Below, piece by piece: positions 56,304 through 64,000 of a DNA stretch of 64,000 nt. The notes below the pieces were generated by a model. The model ran no database searches and was not told the DNA's origin. It was given only the letters and a program-made list of their open reading frames with translations. This DNA comes from Opitutales bacterium. Its GTDB lineage: Bacteria; Verrucomicrobiota; Verrucomicrobiia; Opitutales; PNEW01. The position numbers were made by a program, and so were the translations under genes. Each line of letters starts with the position of its first letter. Position 1 is the stretch's first letter. The stretch is taken from contig CBDANS010000005.1 in assembly GCA_965197745.1 (NCBI GenBank), positions 384,001-448,000 on the forward strand, given 5' to 3'.

Positions 56304-56714
56304 ATGAAGGATGCCGTGATTGTGTCTCAACCCGACGGCTTTACCGAGGTCTACGGCATGCATGGAGGAACTGGCCTGATCCATTGGAAGCGGATGGTGG
56401 TCGGTGAACATCTTTTTGGAGGCTGGCAGTCAGTGGATTTCAATCGTTTCGAGCCAGGCGCCGCGTCGGCCGACCACATCCAGTCGCGCACCGAGGAGAT
56501 CTGGTTTGTGGCCTCCGGACAGGGTGAGGCTTCCATTGACGGCGATCAGGTTCGAGAGATGAAGACCGGCGATCTACTCATCACCCCACAAGATGGCCGA
56601 CACGGAATGAAGAACGTCGGCGACGGCCATCTGGAAGTGTTGGTCATCGAGGTATTCCCTCCGTCCGTTGCCGGGGTTCTTCCCGCTCAAAAACCCACCG
56701 AAGTCGAGGGTTGA
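56304..56714 (+). CDS. Cupin-domain protein
   Basis: PG....H.Q...EEIWFVASGQG and GDLLITP...RHGMKN cupin motifs. Confidence 0.85.
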   Translation: MKDAVIVSQPDGFTEVYGMHGGTGLIHWKRMVVGEHLFGGWQSVDFNRFEPGAASADHIQSRTEEIWFVASGQGEASIDGDQVREMKTGDLLITPQDGRHGMKNVGDGHLEVLVIEVFPPSVAGVLPAQKPTEVEG

Positions 56715-56716
56715 CC

Positions 56717-57028
56717 ATGGCTGCCAAGGCGAAATGCACCCTAATTCATCTGAGTCAGGAGAGATCGATTGATCCCAAACAGTATTTCACCGGGGCGTGG
56801 CGTTCGATTCGCCTTGAGAGCCTTGAGCCCGGCCAGAGGTTGGAACGGACGATGGAGGGGGTTGAAGAGTCATATTTCGTGCAATCGGGATCCGGTAGTG
56901 CAGTTGTAGGCGACCGAGAATTCAATTTGTCCCATGCGACGACCCTGACTTTTCCCCGTGATTCATCGTTCAGGTTGGAAGCTGGAAAGGAAGGCCTGGA
57001 GCTTTTCGTAGTCACGCTGGAAGTGTGA
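56717..57028 (+). CDS. Cupin-like protein
   Basis: LEPGQ, EESYFVQSGSG beta-barrel pattern; closely coupled to the upstream cupin. Confidence 0.7.
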   Translation: MAAKAKCTLIHLSQERSIDPKQYFTGAWRSIRLESLEPGQRLERTMEGVEESYFVQSGSGSAVVGDREFNLSHATTLTFPRDSSFRLEAGKEGLELFVVTLEV

Positions 57029-57185
57029 CGGTTTGCTGTTTTCTGGACCGATCCGGAATTCTGCCGAGGCAGTTTTTCATTAAGGTTATCTGTTTCTCCC
57101 GATACCTCTTCTTTTTAAATAAAACGATTTTTAGCACTTCACTTTGGAATATATTCAATGAGTAACGACTGCGGGAATTGACAAT

Positions 57186-57244
57186 GCATAACAATACACT
57201 GGAGCTGATTGGGCCATGTCAATCAGTCCAGTTTTCCGTTATTC
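57186..57244 (+). other. attC-like 59-bp imperfect palindrome
   Basis: GCATAAC-5nt-ACTGGAGC...GTCCAGT-5nt-GTTATTC with one extra base in the left arm. Confidence 0.35.
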
Positions 57245-57339
57245 TAAGAAATATCTTCTTGCAAAATCATCCGGGCGAGCGGATGAAGTTGTCACACCTG
57301 CTACCTGGGCAAAAGAATAACATGGAATAAGGAGATACG

Positions 57340-57774
57340 ATGAACGATAAGACCGTTGGTGGTGTTCACTGGAGTTTCTGGACAATCGGTGCTGTCGCGC
57401 TGATCTGGAATGTTATGGGCGTCATGAATTTATTGATGCAAATGAATGCAGACGCACTCGCTGCAATGCCAGAGGCACAGCGCGCGATAATTGAAGGGCG
57501 ACCGGCATGGGCCACCGGAGCATTTGCAATAGCTGTTTTCGGCGGTGCGCTTGGCAGCTTTCTGCTTCTGCTCAGGAAGTCGGCCGCGTTCTATTTGTTT
57601 ATCGCGTCACTCCTTGGCATGATTGTGCACATGATTCCTTACCTCGGCATGGCCGGTTCGACTGTTGACTTCGGTCCCTTCGAGATCTCGATGTATATTC
57701 TGCTGCCATTGGTGGTGGCAGCGTTTTTGATCTGGTATGCAAAGTGGGCCAAGAACAAGCGTTGGATCAACTAG
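57340..57774 (+). CDS. Small 4-TM membrane protein of unknown function
   Basis: RBS AAGGAG; W.....VALIWNVMG, P.WATGAFAIAVFGG.LG..LLLLRK pattern. Confidence 0.85.
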   Translation: MNDKTVGGVHWSFWTIGAVALIWNVMGVMNLLMQMNADALAAMPEAQRAIIEGRPAWATGAFAIAVFGGALGSFLLLLRKSAAFYLFIASLLGMIVHMIPYLGMAGSTVDFGPFEISMYILLPLVVAAFLIWYAKWAKNKRWIN

Positions 57775-58202
57775 GAACAATGGATAAATAAATAAAGATC
57801 GCTCTCAAATCCTGCATCCTGTAGCCCGCATCCTGCCTGTCGCTAAGTCACTTCGTAATTTGCGTATCACGCAAATATTGAACGTGAAACAGAGAACTCA
57901 GTCGTTCACCCTTGCAACGCATAATTAATCTGGCTCACCAAGCTTTACCCGTAGAGAATGGTAGGATTGTACCATTAAGACCATCTTCGCACTGCGAGTT
58001 TCAGCCGTCGTCCCATAGGGGTGAAAATGAAGTTGATCAGTCACAACAGCCCGTAGCCCTTCAGATTTAGACGAAGAGGCAGACGAAGACGAAGACGAAG
58101 CTTCACTATCCTGAATCCTGAATCCTGCATCCTGAACTACTTATCGCTAGACAATCGGGATAATTCTATCTAGACCGATAAGGTTTTTTTAATTTACGAC
58201 GG

Positions 58203-59069
58203 ATGATGGTTTATATCAACGGGGAGTATGTAAATTCAGAGGATGCGAAAATTTCGGTTTTCGATCACGGATTGCTGTACGGAGATGGCGTCTTCGAAGG
58301 GATCCGTCTTTACGGGGGTTGTGTCTTTAAATTGGACGAGCATATAGAGCGCCTGGAAATGTCCGCCAAGGCGCTCATGTTGAATATCCCTCTATCGCAT
58401 GGTGAAATGTCAGAGGCGGTGTGTGAGACCTGTCGGAAAAACGATCTTAAGGATGGTTATGTCCGACTGGTGGTGACGCGCGGGGTTGGCGATTTGGGCT
58501 TATCACCCAAGTTGTGCAAAACTCCGCAGATTATAATAATTGCCGACAAAATACAGCTTTACCCGAATTCCTACTATGAGGAGGGGATGAAATTGATCAC
58601 GGTCGCGACGTGGCGTAATAATCCGGCCGCGCTCCCCCCGATGATTAAATCGCTTAATTATCTTAATAATATCATGGCTAAAATGGATGCCCAGAACGCG
58701 GGATTCGTTGAAGCGTTGATGTTAAATGACCGAGGTTGCGTGGCGGAATGCACGGGTGACAATGTTTTCATTATACGCAAAGGGGAAATCTTCACCACCC
58801 CTAATTCTTCCGGTATCCTTAAGGGGATCACGCGAGAAGTGGCGGTCACCATAGCTGCGGATATGGGGATTCCACTCAAGGAAGCGGAACTGACCCGTTA
58901 TGATCTATGGAACGCGGAGGAATGCTTTCTTACGGGGACGGCAGCTGAGATTGTTCCCGTAACCGAAATTGACGGCCGCGTTATCGGCGAGGGAAAGCCG
59001 GGGGATACCACGTTGCGCTTTATGGAGGCCTTCAGGAAAAAAGTGACTGTTGAGGGAACACTGCTTTAA
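58203..59069 (+). CDS. ilvE: Branched-chain amino acid aminotransferase
   Basis: DHGLLYGDGVFEGIR, KSLNYL, ECTGDN, LKGITR, FLTGTAAEI. Confidence 0.95.
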   Translation: MMVYINGEYVNSEDAKISVFDHGLLYGDGVFEGIRLYGGCVFKLDEHIERLEMSAKALMLNIPLSHGEMSEAVCETCRKNDLKDGYVRLVVTRGVGDLGLSPKLCKTPQIIIIADKIQLYPNSYYEEGMKLITVATWRNNPAALPPMIKSLNYLNNIMAKMDAQNAGFVEALMLNDRGCVAECTGDNVFIIRKGEIFTTPNSSGILKGITREVAVTIAADMGIPLKEAELTRYDLWNAEECFLTGTAAEIVPVTEIDGRVIGEGKPGDTTLRFMEAFRKKVTVEGTLL

Positions 59070-59267
59070 ATTTCACCTCTTCTGCCGACTTATTAATAGA
59101 TGTCCCTGCCAGTAGGGATTTCCTATTTCTGGCAATTTCAAAAGATGGCATGTTTTATGCGGTAGTATATATATATTAAATGGATATAAAACGCAAAAAT
59201 CATGTCTCAGGCAAAAGAAGGATTATTTGTGCTTCTAAAATAAGCGGCAAATGATATAATTACGACA

Positions 59268-59777
59268 ATGGGTAAACCAACCGAATGTAAATATTGCGAT
59301 AAAGAAGCCACGATTCACCTTACCCAGATCGTTGATAATAAGATCCACAAGGTGGATATCTGTGAGGATTGCGCATTAGCTAAAAAAATGACCGATCCGA
59401 GTAATTTTTCGCTGACTAACTTACTCGACACTATAGGCGGTGATAGCCAGGACGATGCCGAAAATGCCATCGTTTGCGAGAGCTGTGGTATATCCACAAC
59501 CGATTTTAAAAAGCTCGGCAGGTTTGGTTGTCCCGATTGTTATGAAAACTTTAAGGAATTAATAGAACCCATGCTGCAAGACATGCACAAATCTCTAGAG
59601 CATCGAGGTAAAGTGCCGCAACTATCGGCAGAACGCTTAGCATGGCGCAATCGAGTCCAGCTTTTAGAAAAGAATTTGCAGGAAGCGATTGATGCTGAAC
59701 GGTATGAGGATGCCGCGCAGTGCCGTGACGAAATTGTGCAACTGAAAAATGAGAAGAAAAGCCATTTGCAAAGTTGA
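59268..59777 (+). CDS. mcsA: Protein-arginine kinase activator McsA
   Basis: Four CxxC motifs, GRFGCPDCY, H.GKVP, UVR motif ERYEDAAQCRDEI. Confidence 0.92.
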   Translation: MGKPTECKYCDKEATIHLTQIVDNKIHKVDICEDCALAKKMTDPSNFSLTNLLDTIGGDSQDDAENAIVCESCGISTTDFKKLGRFGCPDCYENFKELIEPMLQDMHKSLEHRGKVPQLSAERLAWRNRVQLLEKNLQEAIDAERYEDAAQCRDEIVQLKNEKKSHLQS

Positions 59778-60868
59778 AAATGTTAATTAGTCCCCTAATG
59801 GAAGCGAAGGCGGAGTTGACTGACAACACCGATTTAATTTGCCCCGTGGTATTGAGCACACGGGTCAGGCTTGCTCGTAATATTACGGATATTCCCTTTC
59901 CCGGATGGGCCAAAGAGGCACAAAGGCGAGAAGTTTTGTCCGCTTGCATGGGGGTGATCGCGAAATTGCCTCAAATGAAAAAAGGAAGTCAATTTTCTGT
60001 CGATGACCTGAGCGATCTGGAAAAACAGATATTGATGGAACGTCACTTAATCAGCCGTGAATTGATCAATGCGAAAAAGGGAAGCGGCTTGGTGATCAGC
60101 GAGGATCAATCGTGTGCGGTGATGGTTAACGAAGAAGATCATTTGCGCATTCAGCATTTACGCAGCGGTTTTCGTTTCAAGGAAGCATGGAAAACAATTA
60201 ACGAAATAGACAGTGCTCTTGAAAAAGAAATCGACTACGCATTTTCTTTGGATTTGGGATATTTAACAGCATGCCCCACAAATGTAGGAACCGGTATGCG
60301 CGCCTCGGCGATGATGCATTTACCCGCATTGGTCATCGCCAGTCAAATGGAAAAAGTTATTCGCGCGGTCAATCAACTGGGAATTGCGGTACGCGGTGTG
60401 TTCGGCGAAGGCTCGGATGCCAGCGGGAGCATCTTTCAAATTTCAAATCAGCAAACGCTTGGTGAAAGTGAAGAGGATATTATTAAACGATTAGTAAATG
60501 TTCTTAATTCGGTAATCGAACAGGAAAATAATGCACGGAATAAACTTTTAGAAAAAGATCCGATAAAACTTGTTGATAAAATGAGTCGCGCCTATGGCGT
60601 TTTAAAAAACAGCCATCTACTGAGTTCAGCGGAAGCGATGAATTTACTTTCGCTGTTGCGACTGGCTATCGATTTGAAAGTGCTGCCTGAAGATAATCGT
60701 GGGCAAATTGATCGATTATTTATTGAAAGCCGCCCCGGTCATATTCAATACGCAGCTGAAGATGAAATCGATCCCAATCAACGTGACGAATATCGCGCGA
60801 AATACATAAGAGCGCAATTCACCGAATTGAAGTCACTTAACTTTGACAAATTGGTTAATAATTCCTAA
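59774..60868 (+). CDS. mcsB: Protein arginine kinase McsB
   Basis: STRVRLARN, ERHLIS, NEEDHLRIQ, GYLTACPTNVGTGMRAS, FQISNQ; alternative ATG at 59780. Confidence 0.95.
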   Translation: MKMLISPLMEAKAELTDNTDLICPVVLSTRVRLARNITDIPFPGWAKEAQRREVLSACMGVIAKLPQMKKGSQFSVDDLSDLEKQILMERHLISRELINAKKGSGLVISEDQSCAVMVNEEDHLRIQHLRSGFRFKEAWKTINEIDSALEKEIDYAFSLDLGYLTACPTNVGTGMRASAMMHLPALVIASQMEKVIRAVNQLGIAVRGVFGEGSDASGSIFQISNQQTLGESEEDIIKRLVNVLNSVIEQENNARNKLLEKDPIKLVDKMSRAYGVLKNSHLLSSAEAMNLLSLLRLAIDLKVLPEDNRGQIDRLFIESRPGHIQYAAEDEIDPNQRDEYRAKYIRAQFTELKSLNFDKLVNNS

Positions 60869-60893
60869 TCTATAAACAAATCGATAAATCACT

Positions 60894-63380
60894 ATGGAAC
60901 CCATGAACAATTTTACCCCGCGTGCACAACAGGTATTGGCCTTGGCACGGAAAGAAGCTGACCGGTTCCACCACAATTATGTTGGAACCGAACACCTCCT
61001 GCTTGGGTTGATAAACTTAGGGCAGGGAGTTGCCGTTAATGTCTTGCAGAAAATGGGTCTTGATCTGGAGACCGTGCGCACCGCCGTAGAAAAACAGGTG
61101 GGCACAGGTCCGGAGTCGAAACCATCTGGCAATATACCGTACACCCCCCGCGTGAAAAAAGTTTTAGCCCTTGCGGGTAAGGAAGCAAAGGCACTCAATC
61201 ATAGTTATGTGGGGACCGAACATATTCTTCTCGGTCTTCTCCGCGAAGGTGATGGTGTAGCAGCGCGCGTATTAAAAACGCTCGATGTCGACATAGAACG
61301 CTGCCGCAATGAAATTCTAAGTGAGCTGGACCCCAACTTTTCAGGCGAACAGGATGAACCTGTTACTTCGTCCACGGGAGCCTCGGGTGACGAGAAAAAG
61401 GATGTTAAGACACCCGCACTTAAAGCCTTTGGGCGTGATCTCACCGAATTGGCACACAATAATGAACTCGATCCTGTTATCGGGCGCAAAGAAGAAATTC
61501 GTCGTGTCATCCAGGTGCTTTGTCGTCGCACAAAAAACAATCCTGTTCTTATCGGAGAAGCGGGAGTGGGGAAGACGGCTATCGTCGAAGGCCTGGCCCA
61601 GGAAATTGCTTCCGGCATCGTCCCGGAACTCCTCGTCGATCGACGCGTGATAACCCTTGATCTTGCCCTGATGGTCGCGGGCACAAAATACCGCGGTCAA
61701 TTTGAGGAGCGCATAAAAGCGGTGATGGATGAAATACGCCGCGCCAAAAACATTATTATATTTATCGATGAATTGCATACTATTGTCGGTGCGGGAGCTG
61801 CCGAGGGGGCAATGGATGCCTCAAATATATTTAAGCCGGCGCTTTCCCGTGGCGAACTGCAGTGTATCGGGGCAACCACTTTATCCGAATATCGCAAGTA
61901 CATTGAAAAAGACAGTGCCCTTGACCGTCGTTTTCAAAGTGTGATGGTGGAGGCGCCATCAGTTGATGAAACAATCCAGATTCTCAATGGATTGAGGTCG
62001 AGGTACGAGGAGCACCATAAAGTTGTCTACACGGAAAAAGCTATCGTGTCATCGGCAAAACTATCGGATCGGTATATCACCGGGCGTTATCTCCCTGATA
62101 AAGCTATCGATGTTCTAGACGAATCGGGAGCGCGAGCGCGTATAGATTCATTGAACAGACCACCGGAGGTGGAAGAATTAGCGAAAAAAATCGACGAGAT
62201 CTGTGCGAAGAAAGAGGACTCCATAAGCAAGCAGCATTTTGAAGAAGCGGCCAAGTACCGTGACAATGAAAAACAGCTTCGGGCCGAACGCGATCAGTTG
62301 ATTGAAAACTGGAAAAAGACCCGTGAGGAGACAACGATCACCGTCGACGAAGACGATATGCTTCAGGTCGTGTCGGGCTGGACCGGGATACCTTTGAGCC
62401 GCATGGAAGAAAAAGAAACGGAAAAGCTTCTCAAACTCGAACAGGAGTTGCAGGAAGATGTTATCGGGCAGGATTCAGCGACCGAAGTGATCGCCAAAGC
62501 GCTGCGCCGTTCACGGGCGGACTTGAAAGATCCACGCCGTCCCATCGGCTCCTTTATGTTCCTGGGACCGACGGGGGTGGGGAAAACCCATTTGGCGAAA
62601 ATATTAGCTGAGAAGATGTTTGGCGACCAGGACTCGATTGTGCAGATCGATATGTCCGAGTACATGGAAAAATTTTCCGTCTCAAGACTTATAGGTTCAC
62701 CTCCAGGTTATGTTGGGTATGAAGAGGGCGGTCAGTTGACTGAAACCGTCCGCCGTAAACCTTATTCTGTCGTTCTCTTTGACGAGATCGAAAAGGCTCA
62801 TCCCGATGTTGTTCAACTTCTCCTGCAGGTATTTGAGGACGGGAGATTGACTGACAGCCTGGGCCGATCTGTAGATTTTCGCAATACGATCATCATCATG
62901 ACCTCAAATGTTGGCGCACAGCAGATCCAGAAAGGGAGTTCGCTCGGCTTTGGCGTGGATGATAAAAGTGGAAAAAGTGACTACGAAAAAATCAAGGACA
63001 AGATCCTTGAGGAGTCCAAGCGCATTTTTAAGCCGGAATTTCTCAATCGGATAAATGACATGGTGATTTTCAGAAACCTGAACCGCGACGATCTGATGAA
63101 GATTACCGATCTCGAGTTGGTGAAAGTGGCCAGGCGATTGAGTGAACATGACATAGTGCTTGAGGTAAGCCAGGAGGCCAAAGATTTTCTGATCGATAAT
63201 GGCTATGATGAGAAATACGGAGCGCGTCCCTTGCGCCGTGCGGTAGAACGTCATCTTGAAGACCCCTTGGCGGAAAGTATCTTAAAGGGTGACCTCAAGA
63301 AAAACAAACCGATCAAGGTTATCGTGGAAGATGATCATTTAGATTTCACGCAGGACCAGCCTATTTCCAGCGTGTCCTGA
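60894..63380 (+). CDS. clpC: ATP-dependent Clp protease ATP-binding subunit ClpC
   Basis: Two Clp-N repeats, [11 protein letters not shown] middle domain, [11 protein letters not shown] ClpP-binding loop. Confidence 0.96.
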   Translation: MEPMNNFTPRAQQVLALARKEADRFHHNYVGTEHLLLGLINLGQGVAVNVLQKMGLDLETVRTAVEKQVGTGPESKPSGNIPYTPRVKKVLALAGKEAKALNHSYVGTEHILLGLLREGDGVAARVLKTLDVDIERCRNEILSELDPNFSGEQDEPVTSSTGASGDEKKDVKTPALKAFGRDLTELAHNNELDPVIGRKEEIRRVIQVLCRRTKNNPVLIGEAGVGKTAIVEGLAQEIASGIVPELLVDRRVITLDLALMVAGTKYRGQFEERIKAVMDEIRRAKNIIIFIDELHTIVGAGAAEGAMDASNIFKPALSRGELQCIGATTLSEYRKYIEKDSALDRRFQSVMVEAPSVDETIQILNGLRSRYEEHHKVVYTEKAIVSSAKLSDRYITGRYLPDKAIDVLDESGARARIDSLNRPPEVEELAKKIDEICAKKEDSISKQHFEEAAKYRDNEKQLRAERDQLIENWKKTREETTITVDEDDMLQVVSGWTGIPLSRMEEKETEKLLKLEQELQEDVIGQDSATEVIAKALRRSRADLKDPRRPIGSFMFLGPTGVGKTHLAKILAEKMFGDQDSIVQIDMSEYMEKFSVSRLIGSPPGYVGYEEGGQLTETVRRKPYSVVLFDEIEKAHPDVVQLLLQVFEDGRLTDSLGRSVDFRNTIIIMTSNVGAQQIQKGSSLGFGVDDKSGKSDYEKIKDKILEESKRIFKPEFLNRINDMVIFRNLNRDDLMKITDLELVKVARRLSEHDIVLEVSQEAKDFLIDNGYDEKYGARPLRRAVERHLEDPLAESILKGDLKKNKPIKVIVEDDHLDFTQDQPISSVS

Positions 63381-63403
63381 TATAACGCTTACTTTTATAT
63401 TCT

Positions 63404-63440
63404 TTAACCGCGCTTTACATCTGAAGCGCGGTTAATTTTT
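63404..63440 (+). terminator. Rho-independent terminator after clpC
   Basis: TTAACCGCGCTT-loop-AAGCGCGGTTAA followed by TTTTT. Confidence 0.85.
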
Positions 63441-63556
63441 GGGGATGAGGACAGTTATATTCCCGTTAGAGAATCAATATAATTTAAGAATGAGGGATTT
63501 ATGGCAATGGGGAACAAAAATCATAAGCCGCTTTCAACGGGTAGATTAACTTATAA

Positions 63557-64000
63557 ATGATACAGCGAATAGCGATAGTGTGCCTTTTGATCGGGGCTTC
63601 ATTTTTATCAGCTGAGGCGAAGATAACTTTCGATACACCCTATGGCTCAGGTATCGATAATATTCTTGATACAGTTAAAGATGAAGGGTGGGAAAGTGTC
63701 TCTCTGGCTTTAACCGATAGAGCATTGGAAAGTTATGAAAACGGTGAACAGGCCGCTGAAAATTGGTATTACCTTTCACGGTGGGCACGACTTTTTTCCT
63801 CCAACGAAGCGGATATCATAAATAATTGGATCGATGCGATCGATAAAGCTAAATTGGGACATACAAATATGGCCCAGCGTTACACTCTTTACCAGCGGCC
63901 CCTGGGAGAACATCTTCCCCTTTCATTAAAGAGGAATTTACTCCATGATATTGAATTTTCGCGCGAGTTTTTCGATTTACTCTCTCCCTATGAATTTCTT
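63557..64000 (+). CDS. Exported hypothetical protein (3' truncated by window)
   Basis: ATG 63557: MIQRIAIVCLLIGASFLSAEA signal peptide; open frame to the window end. Confidence 0.7.
   Translation, partial: MIQRIAIVCLLIGASFLSAEAKITFDTPYGSGIDNILDTVKDEGWESVSLALTDRALESYENGEQAAENWYYLSRWARLFSSNEADIINNWIDAIDKAKLGHTNMAQRYTLYQRPLGEHLPLSLKRNLLHDIEFSREFFDLLSPYEFL

Noticed and set aside
58017..58040. GGGGTGAAA as the 5' end of tmRNA
   Set aside because: The match is too short, no tmRNA body follows, and it lies downstream of the 3' fragment

Overview
Bacterial chromosomal segment. Gene content and order suggest Verrucomicrobiota (Opitutae-like); this is an inference. Positions 1-49.2 kb and 58.2-64 kb are mostly core genes: guaA end, hisDCBH, gltA, coaB, a sigma-54 two-component pair, a small exopolysaccharide export locus, tRNA-Gly, hisN, gyrBA, recO, ybeY, phoH, lptCAB-hprK, a probable oriC with dnaA, ligA, a large NAD-GDH, ilvE and mcsA-mcsB-clpC. 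Between ~49.3 and ~58.1 kb lies an accessory patchwork: a dead IS3 element, a 3' tmRNA fragment (att-like), a structured ~177-bp tandem repeat, REP-like and heptamer repeats, an attC-like hairpin and several catabolic-type genes. The main finding is an apparently intact IS110-family (IS1111-type) recombinase element at 51783-53235. Its ~310-nt 3' non-coding end folds into two internal-loop hairpins whose loop sequences match the element's own insertion site (CTGACCC|CT|TT) and, partly, its circle junction. This is consistent with a readable bridge/seek-RNA-guided recombination system. A near-identical empty target site lies 1.6 kb away.
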